Under the pieces are notes generated by a model. The model did no database searches. It was not told the DNA's origin and saw only the letters and a program-made list of their open reading frames with translations. Made by a program: the position numbers and the translations under genes. A stretch of DNA of 64,000 bases from Macrostomum hystrix (Eukaryota > Animalia > Platyhelminthes): the NCBI GenBank assembly GCA_950097015.1, contig CATNEN010000002.1, positions 682,001-746,000 of the forward strand. Reading direction: 5' to 3'. This document shows positions 1-15,400 of the stretch, one piece after another; the stretch's first letter is position 1; the number at the start of each line of letters is the position of its first letter.

Positions 1-423
1 CCGGAGTGCCTCTCACCCCAGGCCCGCACACGCACAGAGCTGACCAAACCAGGGGAGGACTTAGATGCCTGAAGGGTAGGGACGAGATTACACATTGGTG
101 CACACCAATACAACGCCCCACCCCATACAACGCCTCACACCCGGCCCAACGCACAAACACAAACACAAACAAGCAGGCACGCAGAAGGCAGGGGTTAAGC
201 TATTTTAAATTAGCTTTGGTTGCACAGAATAAGGTGCATCTCCGCATGTCACTACTTCGCAAACCTCCAACTAAGCCCCGAAATAATCGTGACTTGGAGG
301 GAGGAACGAACCAGCGACCATTGGAAAGTGAGGCAGCGACACTAGCCGCTGACCCACTCACCCCCAGATTATTCAGTATCCCACCGCAGCCACCATTGTA
401 ATTAGAAACCTGTCTGTCCTCAC

Positions 424-3400
424 CTGCAGCTGTTCGATTGCGGCGTCTCTCGCCGCCAACTGGTCACCGAGTCGTCGACAGGCCGCCTGCAGCTCGGCCC
501 GATCGCCCTTCCAGGCCGCCTCGCGCTGTCCGGCACCCAGTTCGAACTCGGCACAGCGAATTCTCAGGGCCTCCAGCTCTCTCAGCGTGTCCTCCCTCTG
601 CCGCTGCCACTGCTGACTGGCGGCCTCGGCACGACGCAGGCGTTCCTGTGCTTCGGCTGCACATTCACCGGCCGAAGCAAGCTCTGCGCGCAGCTGCTTA
701 AGCATCTGCAAATGCGCAAGCCGATATGTACAGAAAATATCGAAATATTGAAGTTATCGTATTCTGGTTTAATCCGAACTTAGCGCTTTGGAACTACAAC
801 CATGAGATTTGTGGTTTTAATCACGATTGAGAGAAAAGAAATGCCCTTCTATTTTATTTAATTTTCTGAAGTCCTCAATTGTTTTCATTCAATAAATTTT
901 AAGGAAACTAAAATTGATTTTACTGAACTTTTTCATTTCAGCACTACATACCTCCGATCTCTGATTCGCCACATTCACGGCGTCGTCAAACCGTTCCTCC
1001 AACGATTTGGCTTCAGCTTTTAGTCTCAACAGAGAGTCGTGCCGTTCAGCAATCTCGCCCGTCAGCGCGTCTCTTGTCTCCTTCGAGCTGGACTGCAGCT
1101 TCTGCAGGCTGTCAGTCAGTCGTTTTACCTGCTCCTGAAGCTCGGCCTGCTGCGATCGGAGCGTCTCATTCTCGCCGCGCAGTCGGCCGATGGTCGCCTC
1201 CTGACGACCGCCGGAGTCGGCGGACCTGGCTGCAGTGTCGAGCTGCCTCCTCGCCTCGGACAGCTGCTGCTGAAGGTCCTGACAGCGAGCCATGGAACTG
1301 TTCAACTGGAAATTTTCGAGGTTTGACTTGAAAACTTGGTTAGATAAAGTTAGTCATGTGGTGTGTTTGCTGTTGACACTAAAATCAACGTCACCTATAT
1401 TTAGGCGTTCTAAATATATAACAAAGAAATCTGTAAGTTGAGTCAGTATACCAAAATAGCATTGTACGAGTAAAATGTTGGCATTGTAAGAAGTTTCAAA
1501 TTAAGTTTCGTTTCAACAGCTGGTTTTCCGTTGAATTAAATAGACAAAATGTTTGTTATATCAAACCACGTTTAGTAACAGTAATGTGTCACGACAGAAG
1601 CTAAAAATGCATTACATAAGCAAAAATAAAAAAATAGTTTAAACAAACTATTGTCTGATTGCCATGTTAGGCCTTTCAGCACTAAACTTTTGCCAATAGC
1701 ATATAGCTACGAGCTAAACGCGTTATCAAGCTCAAACATAATCTCAAAATCTCAGTGTATATCCCAAATTTCTCACAAAATGTAATAGTACATGTAAGTC
1801 TTTTATTGTATATCACTCACAATCTCACTGTCTATTCCATATATCCTCACTGTCCATGAAACATAAATATGAGTACTTAAAAAGGCGTTAACAAAAAAAG
1901 AAAATCTAAAAGCATTACCTCTCCTTCCTTCTTTTTTAAATTGCCTTCCAACGTGGATAGTTTGTTACGCAAAGAACTGTGCTGAAATCAGGTTTTGTTG
2001 GAAAATAATTATTTTTCTAACTATGCCGCCGCAAAAGTTAGTTAAAAGCACTACGCATTAACATAAAAAATATGCACTTTTAACTATCTGTGTTTTACAG
2101 TTGCAATTAGGTAGCAGGGTATCTAATAGATTTGAGGTATTATCTATTATTTGACAGGTGTTATCTAGGTGTCTAACAGGTGTTATCTAGTTGTCTAACA
2201 GGTGTTATCTAGGTGTCTAACAGGTGTTATCTAGGTGTCTAACAGGTGTTATCTAGTTGTCTAACAGGTGTTATCTAGGTGTCTAATAGGTAATATCTAA
2301 GTGTCTAACAGGTGTTATCTAGGTGTCTAGTAGCTAATATCTAAGTGTCTAACAGGTAATATCTAGTTGTCTAACAGGTATTATCTAGTTGTCTAAAGGG
2401 TGTTATCTAGGTGTCTAAAAGGTGTTATCTAGGTGTCTAACAGGTAATATCTAAGTGTCTAACAGGTGTTATCTAGTTGTCTAACAGGTGTTATCTAGTT
2501 GTCTAACAGGTGTTATCTAGGTGTCTAATAGGTAATATCTAAGTGTCTAACAGGTGTTATCTAGGTGTCTAGTAGGTAATATCTAAGTGTCTAACAGGTA
2601 ATATCTAGTTGTCTAACAGGTATTATCTAGTTGTCTAAAGGGTGTTATCTAGTTGTCTAACAGGTGTTATCTAGGTGTCTAATAGGTAATATCTAAGTGT
2701 CTAACAGGTGTTATCTAGGTGTCTAGTAGCTAATATCTAAGTGTCTAACAGGTAATATCTAGTTGTCTAACAGGTATTATCTAGTTGTCTAAAGGGTGTT
2801 ATCTAGGTGTCTAAAAGGTGTTATCTAGGTGTCTAACAGGTAATATCTAAGTGTCTAACAGGTGTTATCTAGTTGTCTAACAGGTGTTATCTAGTTGTCT
2901 AACAGGTGTTATCTAGGTGTCTAATAGGTAATATCTAAGTGTCTAACAGGTGTTATCTAGGTGTCTAGTAGGTGATATCTAAGTGTCTAACAGGTAATAT
3001 CTAGTTGTCTAACAGGTATTATCTAGTTGTCTAAAGGGTGTTATCTAGGTGTCTAACAGTTGTTATCTAGGTGTCTAACAGGTGTTATCTAGGTGTCTAA
3101 CAGGTAATATCTAAGTGTCTAACAGGTGTTATCTAGGTGTCTAACAGGTGTTATCTAGTTGTCTAACAGGTGTTATCTAGTTGTCTAAAAGGTGTTATCT
3201 AAGTGTCTAACAGGTGTTATCTAGGTGACTAACAGGTGTTATCTAGGTGTCTAACAGGTGTTATATATTTGTCTAACAGTTGTTATCTAAGTGTCTAACA
3301 GGTGTTATCTAAGTGTCTAACAGGTAATATCTATTTGTCTAACAGGTATTATCTAGTTGTCTAAAGGGTGTTATCTAGGTGTCTAACAGGTGTTATCTAG

Positions 3401-6400
3401 GTGTCTAACAGGTAATATCTAAGTGTCTAACTGGTGTTATCTAGGTGTCTAACAGGTGTTATCTATTTGTCTAACAGGTGTTATCTAGTTGTCTAACAGG
3501 TGTTATCTAGTTGTCTAACAGCAAGCCTCACCTCAATCAGCAGTTGCTCCTTAGCTTCGTGCGTTCGTCCAACATCCTGTCTCAGCCCGACGATGACTTC
3601 GTCTCGTCTTTTGAGCTCAGATTTGAGCACGTCGACTCTATCCAACTCCAAAAGTGACTGCCGAGCGCTGGCCAGCTCCTCCGAGTCGCGTTGGCGCTGA
3701 TCGCGAGCTTCGCGTAGCTCGTCTTCCAGCGACTGAATTCGGCGCTCGTACTGGTTGATCTGCGTGGAATTTTTATTTTAAATTTGCTAGTTAGACTACT
3801 GTGAAATTCTTATTAAGTACTGTGTGTAGCTTTTTTAATCATGTAGCAATCTAAAACACCAAAGCGGGAAATAAAAAAAGAAGTTACTAATTTGGTTAGA
3901 AAAATGGTAGCAAAGTTAACCAAAAATAGCAGTCGAGGCCACCAAAACTGGCAGCCGAGGCTATAAAAACTGGCAGCCGAGGCTATCAAAAATGGCAGCC
4001 GAGGCGACTAACAAAAAGCAGCCGCAAGATAGCCCAGTCTCACCTCCTGACCGGCCCGTCGCAGTTTCTCGTCCAGTGCCTGCAGGTTGCGCATTGTGCC
4101 AGCCGACTCGCCGTCGTGGCGAGCTAAACGGGACTGCAGACTGCCTATCAGGGCCTGCTGCTCCATTGACTGGGCCTCGCGTTCGTCCAGCTGGTTGCAA
4201 ATCGGAGTATAGAGAAGATTATGGAAGTAGAGAGAGTAGATTGTGGGAGTAGAGAGAGTAGATTGTGGGAGTAGAGAGAGTAGATTGTGGGAGTAGAGAG
4301 AGTAGATTGTGGGAGTAGAGAGAGTAGATTGTGGGAGTAGAGAGAGTAGATTATGGAAGTAGAGAGAGTAGATTATGGGAGTAGAGAGAGTAGATTATGG
4401 GAGTAGAGAGAGTAGATTGTGGGAGTAGAGAGAGTAGATTGTGGGAGTAGAGAGAGTAGATTATGGAAGTAGAGAGAGTAGATTGTGGGAGTAGAGAGAG
4501 TAGATTATGGGAGTAGAGAGAGTAGATTGTGGGAGTAGAGAGAGTAGATTGTGGGAGTAGAGAGAGTAGATTGTGGGAGTAGAGAGAGTAGATTGTGTGA
4601 GTAGAGAGAGTAGATTGTGGGAGTAGAGAGAGTAGATTATGGGAGTAGAGAGAGTAGATTATGGGAGTAGAGAGAGTAGATTGTGGGAGTAGAGAGAGTA
4701 GATTGTGGGAGTAGAGAGAGTAGATTATGGGAGTAGAGAGAGTAGATTGTGGGAGTAGAGAGAGTAGATTGTGTGAGTAGAGAGAGTAGATTGTGGGAGT
4801 AGGGAGAGTAGATTATGGGAGTAGAGAGAGTAGATTGTGGGAGTAGAGAGAGTAGATTATGGGAGTAGAGAGAGTAGATTGTGGGAGTAGAGAGAGTAGA
4901 TTGTGTGAGTAGAGAGAGTAGATTGTGGGAGTAGAGAGAGTAGATTATGGGAGTAGAGAGAGTAGATTGTGGGAGTAGAGAGAGTAGATTATGGGAGTAG
5001 AGAGAGTAGATTGTGTGAGTAGAGAGAGTAGATTGTGGGAGTAGAGAGAGTAGATTGTGGGAGTAGAGAGAGTAGATTGTGGGAGTAGAGAGAGTAGATT
5101 GTGGGAGTAGAGAGAGTAGATTATGGGAGTAGAGAGAGTAGATTGTGGGAGTAGAGAGAGTAGATTGTGTGAGTAGAGAGAGTAGATTGTGGGAGTAGAG
5201 AGAGTAGATTATGGGAGTAGAGAGAGTAGATTGTGGGAGTAGAGAGAGTAGATTATGGGAGTAGAGAGAGTAGATTGTGGGAGTAGAGAGAGTAGATTGT
5301 GTGAGTAGAGAGAGTAGATTGTGGGAGTAGAGAGAGTAGATTATGGGAGTAGAGAGAGTAGATTGTGGGAGTAGAGAGAGTAGATTATGGGAGTAGAGAG
5401 AGTAGATTGTGTGAGTAGAGAGAGTAGATTGTGGGAGTAGAGAGAGTAGATTGTGGGAGTAGAGAGAGTAGATTGTGGGAGTAGAGAGAGTAGATTGTGG
5501 GAGTAGAGAGAGTAGATTGTGTGAGTAGAGAGAGTAGATTGTGTGAGTAGAGAGAGTAGATTGTGTGAGTAGAGAGAGTAGATTGTGTGAGTAGAGAGAG
5601 TAGATTGTGGGAGTAGAGAGAGTAGATTATGGGAGTAGAGAGAGTAGATTATGGGAGTAGAGAGAGTAGATTGTGGGAGTAGAGAGAGTAGATTGTGGGA
5701 GTAGAGAGAGTAGATTATGGGAGTAGAGAGAGTAGATTGTGGGAGTAGAGAGAGTAGATTGTGTGAGTAGAGAGAGTAGATTGTGGGAGTAGAGAGAGTA
5801 GATTATGGGAGTAGAGAGAGTAGATTGTGGGAGTAGAGAGAGTAGATTATGGGAGTAGAGAGAGTAGATTGTGGGAGTAGAGAGAGTAGATTGTGTGAGT
5901 AGAGAGAGTAGATTGTGGGAGTAGAGAGAGTAGATTATGGGAGTAGAGAGAGTAGATTATGGGAGTAGAGAGAGTAGATTGTGGGAGTAGAGAGAGTAGA
6001 TTGTGGGAGTAGAGAGAGTAGATTGTGTGAGTAGAGAGAGTAGATTGTGGGAGTAGAGAGAGTAGATTGTGTGAGTAGAGAGAGTAGATTGTGGGAGTAG
6101 AGAGAGTAGATTATGGGAGTAGAGAGAGTAGATTGTGGGAGTAGAGAGAGTAGATTATGGGAGTAGAGAGAGTAGATTGTGGGAGTAGAGAGAGTAGATT
6201 GTGTGAGTAGAGAGAGTAGATTGTGGGAGTAGAGAGAGTAGATTATGGGAGTAGAGAGAGTAGATTGTGGGAGTAGAGAGAGTAGATTATGGGAGTAGAG
6301 AGAGTAGATTGTGTGAGTAGAGAGAGTAGATTGTGGGAGTAGAGAGAGTAGATTGTGGGAGTAGAGAGAGTAGATTGTGGGAGTAGAGAGAGTAGATTGT

Positions 6401-9400
6401 GGGAGTAGAGAGAGTAGATTGTGTGAGTAGAGAGAGTAGATTGTGGAAGTAGAGAGAGTAGATTGTGGGAGTAGAGAGAGTAGATTGTGGGAGTAGAGAG
6501 AGTAGATTGTGGGAGTAGAGAGAGTAGATTGTGGGAGTAGAGAGAGTAGATTGTGGGAGTAGAGAGAGTAGATTGTGGGAGTAGAGAGAGTAGTTGTTTG
6601 TTGAAAAACTTTAAGCGAACACATCATTAGATACAGTAAGTAAAAATAGAAGACGCACAATTAGCAATTCGATACGTTGAACTCACCTGCATCTGCATTT
6701 GCCTCAGCCGCTCCTTTGTCTCGCCCAGTTCCAGGCTGCATCGAATGGCCGGATCGCCGTGACGAGCCTGCAGCATTTAGTGGCAGATGAGAGTGACAGA
6801 TGAGAGTGACAGATGAGAGTGACAGGGGAGAGTGACAGCGTGGAGTGACACATGAGTGTGACAATTGATAACGATAGTGAAAGTTTCGTGAATAAGAATC
6901 TAACTGTCGAACATGAAGAGAGAAAATTGATCGTTCTTAAACGAAGTGAGAAAAGAGCGTTCACAGAGTTCTCTCTGGTGGCTTAAATACCACAAAAGCC
7001 ACAGAGATTCTACATGCGAATGTACAAGTCTTCACGAATCTTTACATGAAATATACATTCGTGCATTGTATACGGCTTATAATATTCAGTGAATGCTAAA
7101 ACGAATATAATATGCAGTTACGATGAAGAAAGTAAATATTTGCTACGGCATGGCTACTGGCTTGCTAATACCGCTTCAACAGCATCAACGTGTGGATTAA
7201 AAAGAATGTGAGTGAATAATTTTTTTGGCTATATAAGAACTATAGGAAGTGAAACGTTAAAAATATGTTTTTGGCGAGCTATATACTATAGTCACTATTT
7301 TAGAAATCGATATTTTTTTGTTTTAATGTAACTGATTCTACTTTATTCTACGTTCAAACTTTATTCTACTCTAAGATTGATTTATGCATGCAAAATATAC
7401 ATACAGTATTGCAAACTGACTACTTCACAAATAGTTTAATATTAGTGTTTTTAGAAGCTGTAATTAAATTTAATTAAGTACAAAATTGGTATTTTTAAAG
7501 CCTAAAAATCTTTCTTGCTATTGTCTCTATGTGCCACAATTATTTTTTAAATTAACTAACTTGTTAATTTAAGATCCATTGTGCAACTAAAGTATAAAAA
7601 TAAAGTTATAATTTTTTTCCAGAACATCAGACTTATTTTATCGTGAATTTTATTTTTATCCGTCGAAGCAGAAATAAAATTTAAAATATACTTTGTTCAT
7701 TTAAATATAAATAGTAAGTTTAAAATGCAATCAACGAAGTAAATTTCATGGATCAAGTTTTCATTACTTTTTTGCCAAAAATGCCATTTTACCTCAGGCC
7801 GATCAGTCGGTGTGTCAATCACTGAGGAAATTGCAGATGAATCGTCGCTTCGCTGTAAAAAGTTTTTTGTGTTAAGACGCTTGGGAAATTTCACAATCAC
7901 ACGACTTAATTGCCATAAAATAACTGTAAAATATACTTGCAAAGTTACGCGCGTGAATGTGTCTACTCATAGTAGAATAATCAATAAATAAATAAAACTT
8001 TAGGAAACTGTGTGAGAAGGTTGATGAAAATGGACGAATAAATATTATTATCATGAAACTGAGACACTCGTAATACTGATAAGTGGCTTTTATGAAAGTT
8101 TCAATTGAAGATCATGGTTAAGTTCATATCAATCATACCTGAGTGGCTAGCGGCTCAGCCATGGTCACGTGATGCCCAAAGCGACTCCCATTGGCCAGGC
8201 TGTCCCGCGATCCGCCACCGAACGCCCTTTCGGGATCTAGGGCTAAAAATTTGCCTCTATCGAATTCCCACTTGCCAGTAGTCTGGGCTGACCTCACTGC
8301 CCGCACCAGGGCGTCCATATCGTGCTGAAGGCATGCGTTCTCCTCGCGCAGGTCGGTCAGGCTTCCACTGACTCCACCGGGGCGACCCGCTGATGCCAAA
8401 GTCGGGCCGCTGACGTTCGGTTGCGCGGTCGCCGAATTCGATAACAAATTGCGCTTCTGTGCCACGTATTCCTGGAAGGGAGAGAGAAGGCTTGAGTACT
8501 TGAGTTGCTGCCGCCGAGCTTGTCCTGCTCAATGCATGACAGATTTTAAACTCAACGGGTACTGACTCTCCCTTCCGTCTCTCTCCTCTCCCTTCTGACT
8601 CTCTCCTCTCCCTTCTGACTCTCCCCTCACCCTTCTGACTCTCTCCTCTCCCTTCTGACTCTCTCCTCTCCCTTCTGACTCTCTCCTCTCCCTTCTGACT
8701 CTCCCCTCACCCTTCTGACTCTCTCCTCTCCCTTCTGACTCTCCCCTCACCCTTCTGACTCTCTCCTCTCCTTCTGACTCTCCCCTCACCCTTCTGACTC
8801 TCTCCTCTCCCTTCTGACTCTCTCCTCTCCCTTCTGACTCTCTCCTCTCCCTTCTGACTCTCCCCTCACCCTTCTGACTCTCTCCTCTCCCTTCTGACTC
8901 TCTCCTCTCCCTTCTGACTCCCTCTTCTCCCTTCTGACTCTCCCCTCACCCTTCTGACTCTCTCCTCTCCCTTCTGACTCTCTCCTCTCCATTCTGACTC
9001 TCTCATCTCCCTTCTGACTCTCCCCTCACCCTTCTGACTCTCCCCTCACCCTTCTGACTCTCTCCCCGTCTCCATTCTGACTCTCTCCTCTCCCTTCTGA
9101 CTCTCGCCTCTCCATTCTGACTCTCTCCTCTCCCTTCTGACTCTCTCCTCTCCATTCTGACTCTCTCATCTCCCTTCTGACTCTCCCCTCACCCTTCTGA
9201 CTCTCCCCTCACCCTTCTGACTCTCCCCTCACCCTTCTGACTCTCTCCCCGTCTCCATTCTGACTCTCTCCTCTCCCTTCTGACTCTCGCCTCTCCATTC
9301 TGACTCTCTCCTCTCCCTTCTGACTCTCTCCTCTCCCTTCTGACTCTCCCCCTGTCCCATCTGACTCTTCCTGTCTCCATTCTGACTTTCCCCTTCTGAT

Positions 9401-12400
9401 TTTTATACTGTACAGTTGCTTCCCATTTCGAACGGTACATTCCCCTGAAAATCGAATTCTCTGCATTTTAGTGCAAATAGGAAAGTACATGTAAAAATCT
9501 AAAAATTACGAGTATAAGCTAAAACAAAATAATCTAAAGATAAAAGTGTTTCGTGCAACTTGTAGATCGTGTTGCTAAATTTGCGCAGAATAAAATAATA
9601 AACTTCTGTGTTCCAAATAAAAAGCTCATCATGGAACTCAAATATAAAACCAGGAATGTTCCGAAAAGTTGGTGTCAGGTGGAGGCAGTGGAGTGACAGA
9701 TGGAGGCAGTGGGTGTCAGATAGAGGTAGTTGGGTGTCAGGTGGAGGCAGTGCAGTGTCAGAGGGAGACAGTGGGTGTCAGATGGAGGCAGTGGGTGTCA
9801 GATGGAGGCAGTGTGTGTCAGATGGAGGCAGTGTGTGTCAGATGGAGGCAGTGTGTGTCAGATGGAGGCAGTGTGTGTCAGATGGAGGCAGTTGGTGTCA
9901 GATGGAGGCAGTTGGTGTCAGATGGAGTCAGTTGGTGTCAGATGGAGGCAGTGGGTGTCAGGTGGAGGCAGTGGGTGTCAGATGGAGGCAGTGGGTGTCA
10001 GATGGAGGCAGTGTGTGTCAGATGGAGGCAGTGTGTGTCAGATGGAGGCAGTGGGTGTCAGATAGAGGTAGTTGGGTGTCAGGTGGAGGCAGTGGAGTGT
10101 CAGATGGAGACAGTGGGTGTCAGATGGAGGCAGTGGGTGTCAGATGGAGGCAGTGTGTGTCAGATGGAGGCAGTGTGGGCCAGGTGGAGGCAGTGGAGTG
10201 TCAGATGGAGGCAGTGGAGTGTCAGATGGAGGCAGTTGGGAGTCAGGTAGAGGCAATGTGGGCCAGGTGGAGGCAGTGTAGTGTCAGAGGGAGGCAGTGG
10301 GTGTCAGGTGGAGGCAGTGGGTGTCAGATGGAGGTAGTTGGGTATCAGGTGGAGGCAGTGGAGTGTCAGATAGAGGTAGTTGGTATCAGGTGGAGGCAGT
10401 GGGTGTCTGCTGAAGGCTGTGGGTGTCAGATGACGAATCGGTGTACCATGAATCAAAATTCTAACCCATTTTATAATCTTATATAAGAAGTTTAACACCG
10501 CCACCTTACACTGATTGGTACAGCGACAAGTCGGCATGCTCTGGGCACAAAGGTGACCCAGTTAAAATGATCTGCTGACAGAGTGTCACAAGCAAGACTA
10601 AAATAACTGCTGTGCTGTGACTGCCCAATTGTTTCCTGTGGTGAAAGTGACCGGATAGAATGTACTTTTGGCTGCTATAGAGTCGTTATCGATCTAGGTA
10701 GAGTAATTTGCCTTGCAGCAATAGTGCAGTCTCGGGTCTTCATTCATGTTTACAAGAGGTTGATGCCGACAAAGGAAATCGTGGTATTGTTGTTTTTAGG
10801 TTAAAGAAAAATAAGAAAAAACCTTTTCCTCAGAAATAGAGTTACATACGTACATCAGTCTCTCATATCTAACATTCTGTGATATCGAATTATTAATATT
10901 ACACACAAACTGGTATCAGCTTCATCACACCTGTCACTGAGGTCAGCTTCATCACACCTGTCACTGAGGTCAGCTTCATCACACCTGTCACTGAGGTCAG
11001 CTTCATCACACCTGTCACTGAGGTCAGCTTCATCACACCTGTCACTGAGGTCAGCTTCATCACACCTGTTACTGAGGTCAGCTTCATCACACCTGTCACT
11101 GAGGTCAGCTTCATCACACCTGTCACTGAGGTCAGCTTCATCACACCTGTCACTGAGGTCAGCTTCATCACACCTGTCACTGAGGTCAGCTTCATCACAC
11201 CTGTCATTGAGGTCAGCTTCATCACACCTGTCACTATAACTGAGGTACTTCATCACTCCTGTCACTATAACTGAGGTACTTCATCACACCTGTCACTATA
11301 ACTGAGGTACTTCATCACACCTGTCACTATAACTGAGGTACTTCATCACACCTGTCACTATAACTGAGGTACTTCATCACACCTGTCACTATAACTGAGG
11401 CACTTCATCACACCTGTCACTATAACTGAGGTACTTCATCACTCCTGTCACTATAACTGAGGCACTTCATCACACCTGTCACTATAACTGAGGTACTTCA
11501 TCACTCCTGTCACTATAACTGAGGTATTTTATCACACCTGTCACTTACCTGAGGTACTTCATCACACCTGTCACTATAACTGAGGTATTTCATCACACCT
11601 GTCACTATAACTGAGGTATTTCATCACTCCTGTCACTATAACTGAGGTACTTCATCACTCCTGTCACTATAACTGAGGTACTTCATCACTCCTGTCACTA
11701 TAACTGAGGTACTTCATCACTCCTGTCACTATAACTGAGGTACTTCATCACACCTGTCACTATAACTGAGGTACTTCATCACTCCTGTCACTATAACTGA
11801 GGTACTTCATCACTCCTGTCACTATAACTGAGGCACTTCATCACACCTGTCACTATAACTGAGGTACTTCATCACTCCTGTCACTATAACTGAGGTACTT
11901 CATCACACCTGTCACTATAACTGAGGTACTTCATCACTCCTGTCACTATAACTGAGGTACTTCATCACTCCTGTCACTATAACTGAGGTACTTCATCACA
12001 CCTGTCACTATAACTGAGGCACTTCATCACACCTGTCACTATAACTGAGGCACTTCATCACACCTGTCACTATAACTGAGGCACTTCATCACTCCTGTCA
12101 CTATAACTGAGGTACTTCATCACTCCTGTCACTATAACTGAGGTACTTCATCACACCTGTCACTATAACTGAGGTACTTCATCACTCCTGTCACTATAAC
12201 TGAGGTACTTCATCACACCTGTCACTATAACTGAGGTACTTCATCACTCCTGTCACTATAACTGAGGTACTTCATCACACCTGTCACTATAACTGAGGTA
12301 CTTCATCACTCCTGTCACTATAACTGAGGTACTTCATCACACCTGTCACTATAACTGAGGTACTTCATCACACCTGTCACTATAACTGAGGTACTTCATC

Positions 12401-15400
12401 ACTCCTGTCACTATAACTGAGGTACTTCATCACTCCTGTCACTATAACTGAGGTACTTCATCACACCTGTCACTATAACTGAGGCACTTCATCACACCTG
12501 TCACTATAACTGAGGCACTTCATCACACCTGTCACTATAACTGAGGCACTTCATCACTCCTGTCACTATAACTGAGGCACTTCATCACTCCTGTCACTAT
12601 AACTGAGGTACTTCATCACACCTGTCACTATAACTGAGGCACTTCATCACTCCTGTCACTATAACTGAGGTACTTCATCACTCTTGTCACTATAACTGAG
12701 GCACTTCATCACTCCTGTCACTATAACTGAGGCACTTCATCACTCCTGTCACTATAACTGAGGTACTTCATCACACCTGTCACTATAACTGAGGCACTTC
12801 ATCACACCTGTCACTATAACTGAGGTACTTCATCACTCCTGTCACTATAACTGAGGCACTTCATCACACCTGTCACTATAACTGAGGTACTTCATCACTC
12901 CTGTCACTATAACTGAGGTACTTCATCACTCCTGTCACTATAACTGAGGCACTTCATCACACCTGTCACTATAACTGAGGTACTTCATCACTCCTGTCAC
13001 TATAACTGAGGCACTTCATCACACCTGTCACTATAACTGAGGCACTTCATCACACCTGTCACTATAACTGAGGTACTTCATCACTCCTGTCACTATAACT
13101 GAGGCACTTCATCACACCTGTCACTATAACTGAGGTACTTCATCACTCCTGTCACTATAACTGAGGTACTTCATCACACCTGTCACTATAACTGAGGTAC
13201 TTCATCACTCCTGTCACTATAACTGAGGTACTTCATCACACCTGTCACTATAACTGAGGCACTTCATCACTCCTGTCACTATAACTGAGGTACTTCATCA
13301 CTCCTGTCACTATAACTGAGGTACTTCATCACTCCTGTCACTATAACTGAGGTACTTCATCACTCCTGTCACTATAACTGAGGTACTTTATCACTCCTGT
13401 CACTATAACTGAGGTACTTCATCACTCCTGTCACTATAACTGAGGTACTTTATCACTCCTGTCACTATAACTGAGGTACTTCATCACTCCTGTCACTATA
13501 ACTGAGGTACTTCATCACACCTGTCACTATAACTGAGGTACTTCATCACTCCTGTCACTATAACTGAGGTACTTCATCACTCCTGTCACTATAACTGAGG
13601 TACTTCATCACTCCTGTCACTATAACTGAGGTACTTCATCACACCTGTCACTATAACTGAGGTACTTCATCACACCTGTCACTATAACTGAGGTACTTCA
13701 TCACACCTGTCACTATAACTGAGGTACTTCATCACTCCTGTCACTATAACTGAGGCACTTCATCACACCTGTCACTATAACTGAGGTACTTCATCACTCC
13801 TGTCACTATAACTGAGGTACTTCATCACACCTGTCACTATAACTGAGGTATTTCATCACTCCTGTCACTATAACTGAGGTACTTCATCACTCCTGTCACT
13901 ATAACTGAGGTACTTCATCACACCTGTCACTATAACTGAGGTATTTTATCACACCTGTCACTATAACTGAGGTACTTCATCACTCCTGTCACTATAACTG
14001 AGGTATTTTATCACACCTGTCACTATAACTGAGGTACTTCATCACTCCTGTCACTATAACTGAGGTACTTCATCACACCTGTCACTATAACTGAGGTACT
14101 TCATCACTCCTGTCACTATAACTGAGGTACTTCATCACTCCTGTCACTATAACTGAGGTACTTCATCACTCCTGTCACTATAACTGAGGTCAGCTTCATC
14201 ACTCCTGTCACTATAACTGAGGTACTTCATCACTCCTGTCACTATAACTGAGGTACTTCATCACTCCTGTCACTATAACTGAGGTACTTCATCACACCTG
14301 TCACTATAACTGAGGCACTTCATCACACCTGTCACTATAACTGAGGTACTTCATCACTCCTGTCACTATAACTGAGGCACTTCATCACACCTGTCACTAT
14401 AACTGAGGCACTTCATCACTCCTGTCACTATAACTGAGGTACTTCATCACTCCTGTCACTATAACTGAGGTCAGCTTCATCACTCCTGTCACTATAACTG
14501 AGGTACTTCATCACTCCTGTCACTATAACTGAGGTACTTCATCACTCCTGTCACTATAACTGAGGTACTTCATCACACCTGTCACTATAACTGAGGCACT
14601 TCATCACACCTGTCACTATAACTGAGGCACTTCATCACACCTGTCACTATAACTGAGGCACTTCATCACTCCTGTCACTATAACTGAGGTACTTCATCAC
14701 TCCTGTCACTATAACTGAGGTACTTCATCACTCCTGTCACTATAACTGAGGTACTTCATCACTCCTGTCACTATAACTGAGATACTTCATCACACCTGTC
14801 ACTATAACTGAGGTCAGCTTCATCACACCTGTCACTGAGGTCAGCTTCATCACACCTGTCACTATAACTGAGGTACTTCATCACACCTGTCACTATAACT
14901 GAGATACTTCATCACACCTGTCACTATAACTGAGGTACTTCATCACTCCTGTCACTATAACTGAGGTACTTCATCACTCCTGTCACTATAACTGAGGTAC
15001 TTCATCACTCCTGTCACTATAACTGAGGTACTTCATCACTCCTGTCACTATAACTGAGGTACTTCATCACTCCTGTCACTATAACTGAGGCACTTCATCA
15101 CACCTGTCACTGTCAAAGGTCATTAAGAATTGGAGCTTCAAGCATCTATGTACAGTCACACTCACCTTTCGCCAGCCAGTGAGTGGTACTCCGGGTGTCT
15201 TCACGCTATCCGGCACGGAGCTGACCACGGTGACATCGTCGGGCGAGTCGGCAAAGCTAGCCGAACGAACAAGACCGAGGGCGGTGGTGGGTCTGGAGCC
15301 GCATTGTCCGCGCTCGTAACTGTCTGTGTAACTGTCGTTGTACATTCGACTGTACAGTTCAGGAAAGCTGGGCGCACTTCCCAAGTTTCCAGCCGATGCC

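Noticed and set aside
10914-15112. CRISPR-like regular repeats (also 46895-47906 and 25812-26302)
   Set aside because: Units are head-to-tail with no unique spacers, there are no cas genes, and the context is eukaryotic and intronic.
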